Shown in pieces: positions 49,735 to 60,221 of a stretch of DNA of 64,000 nucleotides (the stretch's first letter is position 1; each line of letters starts with the position of its first letter). A program made the translations under genes and the position numbers. The stretch covers positions 77,918-141,917 of the forward strand of contig CAYXFY010000001.1 of the NCBI GenBank assembly GCA_964464395.1, read 5' to 3'. Origin of the DNA: an uncultured Nitrososphaera sp. Lineage in GTDB: Archaea > Thermoproteota > Nitrososphaeria > Nitrososphaerales > Nitrososphaeraceae. Below the pieces are notes generated by a model, which worked only from the letters and a program-made list of their open reading frames with translations, made no database searches and was not told where the DNA came from.

Positions 49735-49846
49735 ACCCCCTCCCCTCGAGGTGCTCCAGACGCTAAATAGCAATGTACAGATTACCGGAGAAAGGGGGCA
49801 ACCCTGTCCGGGAAGCCAATCGCTTTAGTCGTTGGTAGTTCACAAC
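49735..49846 (+). mobile_element. Mini-element (MITE-like): family 1 left end fused directly to right end, no tnpB
   Basis: CCCCTCCCCTCGAGGTGCTCCAGACGCTAAATAG is joined to CAATGTACAGATTACCGGAGAAAGGGGGCAACCCTGTCCGGGAAGCC...GTTGGTAGTTCACAAC. This equals copy 2 with about 46171-47309 deleted. Confidence 0.7.
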
Positions 49847-50079
49847 AGCGATATAATCGAGAAAAGACTGAACGATTGCAGGCCTGCGGTACGTGAGGGA
49901 TACGGCCAATGGTCTTGGCGTGTACAACGCTGGAACCTGCATCTTTTCAGCCAGTCTAATCTGGGCAGATAGACTGGATGTGTATCGACATTTGCTTAAT
50001 ATTAATACTGCTAATAAATGGCCGGTATTTTTTCACGTCCGGCCATACACTATTAAGCCAATTTCCGGCTCTATCAGGC

Positions 50080-51433
<1,354 letters not shown>

Positions 51434-51512
51434 GACCTGGCTTCCCCACCCCGCTGCCAGCTTTTCTTATACCGGGGAATATATCTCTGCCGAAAAATTG
51501 TTGCGACGCAAG

Positions 51513-51893
51513 ATGTCAAGGCAACAGTTTATTTCCGCCTTTGTCCCAAAAGAGCGCATGAACGTCAAGTCGGTAGACGACGTGGACTTTGCCAAGCGCG
51601 GCGGGGTGATACCGGTGGTCGTGCAGGACAAAAAGACCAAGGACGTCCTGACGCTAGTCTACGCCAACAAAGAGGCCCTTGCCAAGACCATCGAGACCGG
51701 CAATGCCTGGTTCTTCAGCACGTCGAGGAACAAGCTCTGGATGAAGGGCGAGGAATCGGGGAACGTCCAGCCCGTCTCCGAGATACGGGTCGACTGCGAC
51801 TCTGACGCGCTGCTGTACATCGTCGATTCGGACAAGCCGATGTGCCACACTGGAGAGCGGACGTGCTTCCACAATATGGTGGAAAAGGTGTGA
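51513..51893 (+). CDS. hisI: Phosphoribosyl-AMP cyclohydrolase
   Basis: IPVVVQD...LWMKGEESGN...DCDSDALL...CHTGERTCF motifs. Start at MSRQQF. Confidence 0.88.
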   Translation: MSRQQFISAFVPKERMNVKSVDDVDFAKRGGVIPVVVQDKKTKDVLTLVYANKEALAKTIETGNAWFFSTSRNKLWMKGEESGNVQPVSEIRVDCDSDALLYIVDSDKPMCHTGERTCFHNMVEKV

Positions 51894-52051
51894 TATCACA
51901 CAATTTCTCTAGCTTTTCTAGGCAAGAGAATAGAAATTTGAGCGTAAACAACAGTTAAGTATTACAATATACAAGAGCTTGAAAGTTAAGCAATACTAAA
52001 ATGTGACCAGTGAAGTTCTAATAATAAACTTCCCGAGAAAGTGCGTTAATC

Positions 52052-53269
52052 ATGGGCGATATCAAGTTCTTAAAGTGCCGAGAGTGCGGCAAAGAGTACG
52101 AGCCGCAGTTCCGGTATGTTTGTGAAGAGTGTTTTGGTCCGCTCGACGTCCACTACTCCGAGCCAAAGGTGGACAGGCACACATTTGAGTCGAGGGAAAA
52201 GACCTACTGGCGCTATTTCGAGCTCCTGCCTGTCAAGGATAAGAGCAACATTGTCAGCCTGCACGCAGGCCTGACGCCTCTGCAGTATGCAGACAAGCTT
52301 GGCGCGCGCCTTGGGCTGAAAAACGTCTTCATCAAGAACGATTCTGTCAACCCCACATTTTCGTTTAAAGACAGGCCTGCCGGCGTGGCGGTGTCAAGGG
52401 CAAAAGAAACCGGACTGAAAGCAGTCGGCTGCGCGTCGACCGGCAACCTTGCGTCTGCGACAGCCGCGCATGCTGCAAAGGCGGGATTGCCATGTTACAT
52501 TTTTGCGCCATCTGACATAGAGCACGCGAAAATCGCACAGGCGCTCTCGTACGGCGCCGAGTTTGTCGCTGTTGAGGGCACCTACGACGACGCCAACAGG
52601 ATAGCGTCCATCATAGGCGACTCGAAGGGCTACGGCATCGTCAACATCAACATGAGGCCCTACTACGTGGAAGGATCAAAGACGCTGGCGTACGAGGTCG
52701 CAGAACAATTAGGGTGGCAGGTGCCTGACAGGCTGATAATTCCTGTGGGCTCTGGCGCGATGCTCAACGCGATCTGTAAGGGATTTGAAGAATTACATCA
52801 ACTCGGCCTGATAGACAGCGTCAAGAACCTGAAAATAGTCGCGGCGCAGCCGCACGGGTGCGCGCCCATAGTCGACGCGTTCAAGAAAGGATCGGACGAA
52901 GTGATACCAGTAGAGCGTCCGGAGACTATTGCAAAGAGCCTTGCAATAGGCGACCCCGGCGACGGGCTTTACGTTCTCAAGCGCCTGAAGCAGTATAGCG
53001 GCATCGCTGAAGAGGTGAACGATGAAGAGATAACAGACGGAATAATGCTGCTGTCGCAGACAGAAGGGATATTCACAGAGCCTGCAGGCGGTGTTTCAGT
53101 CGGCGTCCTGAAAAAGCTCGTCGACGAGGGCAAGATAGAGAAAGACGAAAGAGTCGTCTGCTACGTGACAGGCAACGGGTTGAAGGCCACAGAAGCGATT
53201 ATAGGCCTGCTGCCAAAACTCAATGCCGTCAAGCCTGACGCGGCGGTCGTGTCAGCGATGATAAAGTGA
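52052..53269 (+). CDS. thrC: Threonine synthase-family PLP enzyme with N-terminal zinc ribbon
   Basis: 405 aa. CRECGKEY...CEECFGPLDV ribbon and PLP-lysine motif FSFKDRPA. Confidence 0.85.
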   Translation: MGDIKFLKCRECGKEYEPQFRYVCEECFGPLDVHYSEPKVDRHTFESREKTYWRYFELLPVKDKSNIVSLHAGLTPLQYADKLGARLGLKNVFIKNDSVNPTFSFKDRPAGVAVSRAKETGLKAVGCASTGNLASATAAHAAKAGLPCYIFAPSDIEHAKIAQALSYGAEFVAVEGTYDDANRIASIIGDSKGYGIVNINMRPYYVEGSKTLAYEVAEQLGWQVPDRLIIPVGSGAMLNAICKGFEELHQLGLIDSVKNLKIVAAQPHGCAPIVDAFKKGSDEVIPVERPETIAKSLAIGDPGDGLYVLKRLKQYSGIAEEVNDEEITDGIMLLSQTEGIFTEPAGGVSVGVLKKLVDEGKIEKDERVVCYVTGNGLKATEAIIGLLPKLNAVKPDAAVVSAMIK

Positions 53270-54600
53270 TAGAGATGGCAAAAGTTGAATTCACTGTACC
53301 TTCGGTATTGAACAAGGGACAGGGCGAGAAAAAGCTCCCGGTGGAGGCCTCCGACCTGCAGGAAGCGTTCAACAAGGTGTCGGAGCAGATGGGCGACGAC
53401 TTTAAGCGGCGCGTCTTTGACCACAACGGCAAGCCTAGGTCGCTTATCAACATCTACGTCAACGGCAAGAACATGAGGTTTTCCGGCGGCATGACGACCG
53501 CGCTCAAGGACGGCGATGCTGTCTACATACTGCCGGCAGTGGCGGGCGGCGCAGATCTCACAAGCGACGAGATCCAGCGGTATTCCAGGCAGCTCATGTT
53601 AGAAGAGATCGGCTTTGAAGGAATGGAAAAGCTTAGAGCAGCTAAAGTGTGCGTCGTCGGCGCAGGCGGGATAGGCAACCCTGTTTTGAACCAGCTCGTC
53701 GGAATGGGCGTCGGCAAGATCCGCGTGGTCGACAGGGACGTGATTGAGATTACAAACCTGCACAGGCAGCACCTCTACACCGACGAGGACATCGGCAAGG
53801 TCAAGGTCGAAGCGGCCGTCGAGCGCCTGCGCAAGATGAATCCGGGAGTAGAGATAGAGCCTGTCCCCACATCGGTGACAAAGTACACGGCAGAAAACAT
53901 CGTCAAGGGATTTGATGTTGTCATCGACGCCCTTGACAGCATAGACGCTCGCTATGCTCTCAACGACGCCTGCATCAAGCACAACATTCCACTGATTTAC
54001 GCAGGGGCAATAGGCGTGACCGGCACCGTGTGCACCATTCTGCCAAACAAGTCGGCTTGCGTGAAATGCAGGTTTCCCGAACTGAAAGAAGACGAGATGC
54101 CGGCGTGCAGCACTGAAGGCGTGCACCCGTCGATCCTGTACCTGGTTGCAGGCGTCGAGGTGTCGGAAGCCGTCAAGCTGATTATCGGAAAGGAACCCAG
54201 CCTGGTGAACACCATATTCCTGATGGATCTGGAGCACCTGACGTTTGAAAAAATCCAGATTGCACGGGCGCCAGAATGTCCTGCGTGCGGGGCTGCGCGC
54301 AAAGACTACAACCTTGTAGCGCAGGAGCTGATAATCGAGGAGCTGTGCGGCAGGGACCGTGGCAAGAGGACGTGGACCATAACACCGACAAACCCCGTGC
54401 CTGTCAACCTTTCTGGCATAAGCAAGAGGGCCGAGACTCTGGGCTACCAGGTGAGGACGCGTGGCAACTTGGGCATCACGGCTACAAACGATAACAGGAT
54501 GTCTGTCAGCTTCCTTTCAAGCGGCGCGGCAACCATAGTCGGCGCCAAAGACGAGAAGGACGCAATCGAGGTCTACAACACGTTTGTCAGCAGCGCCTAG
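53266..54600 (+). CDS. MoaD/ThiS-like ubiquitin-fold domain fused to a ThiF/MoeB-type E1-like adenylyltransferase, with an extra C-terminal domain
   Basis: 444 aa. aa 1-95 end in ...DGDAVYILPAVAGG. The E1 part follows, with RYSRQ, VVGAGGIGN, DRDVIEITNLHRQ, CxxC pairs and PACSTEGV. The last ~90 aa are an unassigned domain. Confidence 0.8.
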   Translation: MIEMAKVEFTVPSVLNKGQGEKKLPVEASDLQEAFNKVSEQMGDDFKRRVFDHNGKPRSLINIYVNGKNMRFSGGMTTALKDGDAVYILPAVAGGADLTSDEIQRYSRQLMLEEIGFEGMEKLRAAKVCVVGAGGIGNPVLNQLVGMGVGKIRVVDRDVIEITNLHRQHLYTDEDIGKVKVEAAVERLRKMNPGVEIEPVPTSVTKYTAENIVKGFDVVIDALDSIDARYALNDACIKHNIPLIYAGAIGVTGTVCTILPNKSACVKCRFPELKEDEMPACSTEGVHPSILYLVAGVEVSEAVKLIIGKEPSLVNTIFLMDLEHLTFEKIQIARAPECPACGAARKDYNLVAQELIIEELCGRDRGKRTWTITPTNPVPVNLSGISKRAETLGYQVRTRGNLGITATNDNRMSVSFLSSGAATIVGAKDEKDAIEVYNTFVSSA

Positions 54601-57600
54601 CCCATGAACTCTGTCAGGCTAGACTGCATCTTCTTTTCTTCCCTGAAAATTAATTTCAGTTCTGTGGCAAGCGAGTCCACGCGGCTTTTCAAATAGTCGT
54701 TAATTTTGTACTCTTGGCAGAAGCCGGTCGCTATGCCTAGGTACTTTTCGACCGCGCCCCTCGTCACGGTCTGCGTTAATTCATTACCACATTCCGTGCA
54801 CTTGCCCACAAGCGGCATGCGTCGGAACTTCTCGCCGCAGTTTGTGCACCTGAACGTCTGCGACGAGTACGAGCGCATGTTCCCCATTATGTCCGGCAAA
54901 ATGTGCGTCGTAAGCACCATGGCCGCTACCTCGTCGGCGTCAACCGCGTTTATCAATTTCGCGGTGTCAAACTGCATCTTTAGCTTCTCGTCCATCGTGT
55001 TCAATGTCGAATACGCGCTCCTCTGTTCCTTCGTGGTCAGGCCGCTTGTCGTGTGGGTAAAGTTGTAGCCGAAAAACTGCGACTCGCTGCCGATGCGGTT
55101 TTTCACTATCTCTATCATGCCGGCTACCTCAGCGGCCTTGGCCTGCTTCCACGTCGCCTCGTAGAACTCTAATGGATACGAGCCTGCGATGTCGACGTTG
55201 TGCGCCTGGCGCTGGACTTCATGTGGGAGCACGGTCGGCTGTATGAGAAGCGGTGCGTCCATGAGCCCGCCTATCTTGTCTGGGAGAAAGTCAAACGAGA
55301 AGTTCAAGAACGCGTCCATGAGGAGCATCACCGAGTCGGCGTCGCCGTCGCAGTCCCGGCGCTTTGCAGAGTGCCATATGGGAGACGCCAGGCACACCTG
55401 CGAATCTGAAAAGCCGATTATTCTGCCCATCACGCCGACAGACGTGTGCGGCGCAAGGCCGACTACCATGTGGCCTATCAGGTCGTCTATCCTGTCGACG
55501 TTGTAAAACGGCTCGCACTCGTACAGCCTTGTCAGCTCGTCGTCGATGAATTTCGCGGTGTTGACAAGGTGTCTTGCAGAATCGCGCGGTATGACCACGT
55601 CCTGCATCATCAACTCGATCAGCTGGTCAGGAGAAACAAACTCGCGGCCCTGAAAGTCGCGGGTGTAGCCCAGCTCCCTCAATTTGTCGACGCTTGCGCC
55701 TATCCAGGCCGGCCTAAAGTGCGTTAGTGGTTCATTGGTGGCGTCAAAGCGTATAGTGCCGTCTTTGAACGCATATAGGCTGTGCTTCTGCCGCAATATC
55801 CCTTTTTCCAGAGGCTCGACGGCCCTGTTGCGGCTCATCATCGATTTCACTCCTTTGAGCGGCTCCTGTGCCTTTGCGCCGACTTTTTTCTGCGCGGCCT
55901 CTAGCGCGTCTTTGAGTGGGAAGTTTGTCGTGCTAAACGTCTTGCCCTCCTTGCCGCAGCGCTGGCAGCGCTCGCCCTCTTCGACCTCGCCCCTGCAGAC
56001 CGGGCAGAGGTTGCGAAGCATGGTAGGCGCGCCGCATGATCGGCATTGAGTGCCAAGCGACGGCAGGTTGCACGCATCGCAGTAGCGGTTTGCTATCTCA
56101 GCGTAGACCGAACCCTCTGCTGCCGCCTTGATGATGTCCCTCGTCGCCCCGCCCTTGGTGCCTATCGGAAACAGCACGTGCACGGGAGGCTTCATCTTGC
56201 GCTCGGCTGCTTTTTCCGGCCTGCCAACCCTGACTGCGACCGATGACGCGAACTTGGGCAGGACGGTTATCCCGGACATTTTGGTGACCAGCTCTATTGC
56301 GGTCTCGGCCTGCACCGGCTCGCCTGCAAGCAGAATGGAAAGCGATGTTGCTTGGTCTGTGTCAAGCATTATGTTGTCGCCTGAAACAGAGTGGGTTGCG
56401 CCCAGCTTTTCCAGGACCTCCTTTACGGCCGGGTCGTTTGGCAGCCTGCCGCCTTTCATGCGCTCTTTTAGGAGCAACAGCTCTTGCGGCGTGACAAGGT
56501 CGAAATAAAACGAATACCTTGGATGCAGCGGGATGTCCAGCTTTTTGCTTGTCTCAAACGCCTCGGCGACGGTCGGGATTGCAAACGGGTTTTCTGCCAG
56601 CTTGACAAGACGTTCTCCGTCCACCTCGATGTCGGATGCTAGTTTCTGTTTCAGCTGGAGCGCCCATATCTCTTCGACATAGCTTGCGGGCGGCAGCTGC
56701 GCGTTGTTTTCCAGAAAGTCGCCGTAGCTGATGAGCATGTCGCCCAGGTACAGGATCTTGGCCACGCGCTGTCGGAGCTTTTCTGCTTGGTCAACGCTTG
56801 TCACTGCAAGAACGCCGCCGTCGTCCATTTTCACTATCGGCGGCTCGATGGTGTCGACGAGCGCTATCGTCGACGCCTTGCCAGGTATGTCCATCTTGAT
56901 CTGCGTGCCGGCCACAATAGCATAGTTGAGAAGCGCCGGGACTGCGGGGTGGATGCCGACTGTCGCAAAGCCGGTGTTGCACGCCCGGCCGTACCGCAGC
57001 CTAAAGCCGCCGGCCTTTTTCACCATGGAAAGCACCGGGCGGCCTGTAATAACTTCCGACATCCTGTGGTGCGCCGCGTCATCGTCGCCGGTCTGAATCG
57101 CGCCTTTCAGCTCTTTGAGCCAGTGCCAGCCGTCCAGCTTCAACGTTTCAACCAATTTCAAGAGTTTCCTGCTCCTGCCTATCAACCCGTCGTTCATGAC
57201 ACGCAACGCGCCTCCGCGCACCCTGTCGGTTGCGATCCTCTTCATGCCCTTGTGTCCCACCACATCGACGGGATCGGTATCCACGCCGTCAAGTTCTACA
57301 GGGAGGCTGGATATGCACTTCACGACATCCTCGTCAAGGACCTTGAACTGGAAGCCCATGACTTCCCTTTCATAAATGCGCAGTTCCTCGACGAACCGGC
57401 CCGTCTCGTCGTCAAACGAATTTGCGATATATGGTGAAAGGCCGGCCACCTTCCTTGCGTGGTCGGCTATGAGCATCGTGAGCGCCGCCTCGGTGCCGCC
57501 TGCGGACCTTATCGGGCCGGCGAATGAGACAGAGAGGTATTGAGAGCCGTCGGCATTGTTCTTTATCGTGACGTCGGATATGCCCTGCAATGGAGCGACT

Positions 57601-57971
57601 GTCACGCCCTCGGTCACCACTGCAAGCGAGACGCGGACCGCGTTGTCAAGGCGCGTCTTTAGGTCGTCAGAACCGTACTCTCCCCGGGCGATTTCCTCTG
57701 CAATTTTTAATGCTGCTTTTTCCTTTGTCGTCTGGCCGAGCAGTGCGCGCAGCCGGTCGGCTATGTCGATGTTGTGCATCTTGGCAACCCTGTCTGACAG
57801 ATCGAACGCTATCTTTGGTTCGACAACGCCGGCGATGTCTATGCCCTTGCGCCGGGCTACGAGCGCGTGCTCATAGTTTTTTTGCACATTTTCCAAGATG
57901 TCATGCTGGTACCGGCGATAATATGCCGGCATGCTGATGTCCGCAAGGCGCGCCTGTCCCTCTGCAAGCAT
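54597..57971 (-). CDS. DNA polymerase D (Pol II) large subunit DP2
   Basis: 1124 aa. Typical DP2 N-terminus (YYRRYQHDILENVQKNYEHA) and Cys-cluster zinc motifs. No intein evident. Confidence 0.92.
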   Translation of the reverse strand: MLAEGQARLADISMPAYYRRYQHDILENVQKNYEHALVARRKGIDIAGVVEPKIAFDLSDRVAKMHNIDIADRLRALLGQTTKEKAALKIAEEIARGEYGSDDLKTRLDNAVRVSLAVVTEGVTVAPLQGISDVTIKNNADGSQYLSVSFAGPIRSAGGTEAALTMLIADHARKVAGLSPYIANSFDDETGRFVEELRIYEREVMGFQFKVLDEDVVKCISSLPVELDGVDTDPVDVVGHKGMKRIATDRVRGGALRVMNDGLIGRSRKLLKLVETLKLDGWHWLKELKGAIQTGDDDAAHHRMSEVITGRPVLSMVKKAGGFRLRYGRACNTGFATVGIHPAVPALLNYAIVAGTQIKMDIPGKASTIALVDTIEPPIVKMDDGGVLAVTSVDQAEKLRQRVAKILYLGDMLISYGDFLENNAQLPPASYVEEIWALQLKQKLASDIEVDGERLVKLAENPFAIPTVAEAFETSKKLDIPLHPRYSFYFDLVTPQELLLLKERMKGGRLPNDPAVKEVLEKLGATHSVSGDNIMLDTDQATSLSILLAGEPVQAETAIELVTKMSGITVLPKFASSVAVRVGRPEKAAERKMKPPVHVLFPIGTKGGATRDIIKAAAEGSVYAEIANRYCDACNLPSLGTQCRSCGAPTMLRNLCPVCRGEVEEGERCQRCGKEGKTFSTTNFPLKDALEAAQKKVGAKAQEPLKGVKSMMSRNRAVEPLEKGILRQKHSLYAFKDGTIRFDATNEPLTHFRPAWIGASVDKLRELGYTRDFQGREFVSPDQLIELMMQDVVIPRDSARHLVNTAKFIDDELTRLYECEPFYNVDRIDDLIGHMVVGLAPHTSVGVMGRIIGFSDSQVCLASPIWHSAKRRDCDGDADSVMLLMDAFLNFSFDFLPDKIGGLMDAPLLIQPTVLPHEVQRQAHNVDIAGSYPLEFYEATWKQAKAAEVAGMIEIVKNRIGSESQFFGYNFTHTTSGLTTKEQRSAYSTLNTMDEKLKMQFDTAKLINAVDADEVAAMVLTTHILPDIMGNMRSYSSQTFRCTNCGEKFRRMPLVGKCTECGNELTQTVTRGAVEKYLGIATGFCQEYKINDYLKSRVDSLATELKLIFREEKKMQSSLTEFMG

Positions 57972-58721
57972 TTACTTCCGGGCCTGCCGCATTGCCTTTA
58001 TCATTGCAGATAACTTTTGCTGCCAATGCCCGTCCTTCTCTATCATGGTGCCTACGACAATCGCGTCGGCGCCAGCCTTGGCTATCTGTCCTGCCGTCTC
58101 GGGGCTCCTTATGCCGCCTCCGACGATAAGCGTGCCCTCGTAGTACTTTCTCACGGCCGACACCATCTCCGGTGAAATGCTTTGAGAGGCGCCCGAGCCT
58201 GCCTCGAGGTAGACGAACCTCATGCCCATATACTGGGCGGCCAATGAATACATCACTGCCAGGTTGGGTTTGGAAAACGGTATGGCCCTAGCCCTGCCGA
58301 CAAACCACGCCGCGGTCCCCTCGCCCACAATGATATAAGCGGTCGGCAAAGGCTCGATGTTGTGTTTCTTGACCGCAAGTGCGCCGAGTGCCTGGGCTCC
58401 TGTGATAAAGTAGGGGTCCTCCGAGTTGAGAAGCGAGCTGAACAGTATCGCGTCGGCCTTTGGTGATACGCCTGTGACGTTGCCCGGGAACAATATCACG
58501 GGGATCGTGACGTTTTTCTTGATTTCAGTCACGACGTTGGCGAGTTCAAACTGGTCGGTCGCCGACGAGCCTCCCACTAGGATGCCCGACGCGCCGGCCT
58601 CCTCCACCTTTTTTGCGACGGAAGCCGCATCCTTGGAGTTTTCAGAGTCGATGAGCGGGAGGCATATGGTGCCGTGCTTTTCGATCTCCTTTTTCAGCTG
58701 CTGCTCTACCTTTCCAGTCAC
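57972..58721 (-). CDS. Geranylgeranylglyceryl phosphate synthase (PcrB family)
   Basis: 249 aa. GGGIRSPETAGQIAKAGADAIVVGT and LEAGSGA motifs. Confidence 0.88.
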   Translation of the reverse strand: MTGKVEQQLKKEIEKHGTICLPLIDSENSKDAASVAKKVEEAGASGILVGGSSATDQFELANVVTEIKKNVTIPVILFPGNVTGVSPKADAILFSSLLNSEDPYFITGAQALGALAVKKHNIEPLPTAYIIVGEGTAAWFVGRARAIPFSKPNLAVMYSLAAQYMGMRFVYLEAGSGASQSISPEMVSAVRKYYEGTLIVGGGIRSPETAGQIAKAGADAIVVGTMIEKDGHWQQKLSAMIKAMRQARK

Positions 58722-58761
58722 GCCTCATTGAGAAGGGGTCCGGGGCATTTTAAAGTGTATG

Positions 58762-59095
58762 GGTTCTGCCAAGTCGTCAGCTGACACCTGACTTCTGCCC
58801 ATCGACTCGGAGGATTAGCGTCAGTCTCACGTTCCCCTTCATCGCTTCACTTGGGCAGCCTTTTGAACCGTGGAACACATCACGGCCCTTCGGAGCAATT
58901 CACTCCTCGAGTTCCGCACAGACACAGAGCTATACGGGATGCGATACCCGACCGGTTGCTCGCCCACATCAGACTACTTGGCATCCAGTTACTCCTTCAC
59001 CTGCCTTGCGCAGTCCTCATCGACTGATGGTTTGTAGCACATTGTATCAATGGTTGATATTTAATGAGAGGAGCGCCTCGGGGAGAGGGAGCGTA
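58762..59095 (-). mobile_element. Mini-element derived from the family 2 IS (right-end/guide-RNA block plus left end, no tnpB)
   Basis: 58762-58905 aligns with 47927-48070 (GGTTCTGCC...CATCGACTC.GAGGATTAG...CACGTTCCCC.TCATCGCTTCAC). 59075-59095 carries CCTCGGGGAGAGGGAGCG, the left-end motif on the reverse strand. Confidence 0.65.
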
Positions 59096-59178
59096 CTCGA
59101 ATCAATCGGAAACTTGCCTCAATCGAGAACCTGTGCAAGGTTTAATTACGCCGCTGTATACAGATTTGTATAGCTGCC

Positions 59179-59550
59179 ATGGCCGGCTCCGGATCGAATT
59201 CTAGCGCACTTTTGAACCAGCTTGTTGCAAATTCTCTATTTACACCCCGCCAGCTGGCCATAATTTCGAGCCACCTGAACAGGCGCGGCCGGTCGCAGAA
59301 CATCAGTTCCGGAGCATATTACAGGCAGGTAAAGCAGTGCCGGGACAAGGTGGCAGGCGTGCTTTACAGCGTGCTCCTTCTGCAATCGACGGGCGCGCTC
59401 CAGCCCGAAGCCCTAGCGACCCTGGCCCGGCTTGCAGACCAGATGGGTGTGATATTGAGCGCAGAAGGCAGTGACGTCCTTGACAAAGCACGCTTGAGCG
59501 ACGTGATGTCCGTGATGGACACGCTTGTAAAAAGAATGTCCAAGTTGTAA
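59179..59550 (+). CDS. Hypothetical protein
   Basis: 123-aa ORF. A helix-turn-helix (FTPRQLAIISSHL) is possible. No family recognised. Confidence 0.45.
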   Translation: MAGSGSNSSALLNQLVANSLFTPRQLAIISSHLNRRGRSQNISSGAYYRQVKQCRDKVAGVLYSVLLLQSTGALQPEALATLARLADQMGVILSAEGSDVLDKARLSDVMSVMDTLVKRMSKL

Positions 59551-59588
59551 ACAAAGTTTGGTCTGTAACATTAAATCACGGTTTTCGG

Positions 59589-60221
59589 TTGCGAAATCGT
59601 GATATGATAATAGAGATCCCCTACGTCGGCATCACGGTCGACCTTGACTACGTGATATACGGTGTGCTGTCGTACGGCGCAGGCCTTGTCACAGTGATGT
59701 CGGCCTACAAGCTCCACAGCAGCAGAAAGCGTGGTTACCGCGCCGACGACGCCGTGGTGGAGGCAGTCGTCATGGAATATACACGAAGACTGAAGGACTA
59801 TGACCGTGTAATAGCGGAGGTGCGCGCAAGGATGGACATCGTCGAGTCAAAGACGCAGTCACTCACACAACCTCACGCCACCGTGACGCCGTCACAACTG
59901 GCCCAGCCTCACGCGCAGCCCGTGAGTGAGCCTGTAGCACTCACGCAGCATCTGCAGGTCACAGAGAACGAGGCACAGAACGGCACGACCGACTACATCC
60001 TGAAGCTGTTGATGGAAAGGCCGCGCACTTCACGCGACGTGCAAAACGCGATCGGCAGGACCCGCGAACATACAGCACGCCTCATGAAAAAGCTGCACGA
60101 CGCAGGCCTTGTAAGCAGAGACTTGAACAGCAAGCCCTTCCGCTACGCAATCACCGAAGCTGGTCAAGCGAGGTTGAGGGAGAGACCTGCTCAGGCGGCC
60201 GGACTGCAGCGGGCGGCCTAG
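59589..60221 (+). CDS. Membrane-anchored winged-helix (MarR/ArsR-like) protein
   Basis: N-terminal TM segment and C-terminal wHTH TSRDVQNAIGRTREHTARLMKKLHDAGLVSR. The ATG at 59604 is the more likely start. Confidence 0.6.
   Translation: MRNRDMIIEIPYVGITVDLDYVIYGVLSYGAGLVTVMSAYKLHSSRKRGYRADDAVVEAVVMEYTRRLKDYDRVIAEVRARMDIVESKTQSLTQPHATVTPSQLAQPHAQPVSEPVALTQHLQVTENEAQNGTTDYILKLLMERPRTSRDVQNAIGRTREHTARLMKKLHDAGLVSRDLNSKPFRYAITEAGQARLRERPAQAAGLQRAA

Noticed and set aside
49537-49773. A 78-aa minus-strand ORF immediately upstream of the ferredoxin gene.
   Set aside because: It runs through the mini-element left end and promoter-like AT-rich DNA. It has no motif and is probably non-coding.
50018-50046. 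A perfect 8-bp inverted repeat ATGGCCGG...CCGGCCAT with a T-rich loop upstream of tiaS. The 8-mer is the same one duplicated in the F420-reductase-like frameshift.
   Set aside because: A single short hairpin could be a terminator or promoter-proximal structure. The shared 8-mer is most likely coincidence in GC-rich DNA, and I cannot support a link.
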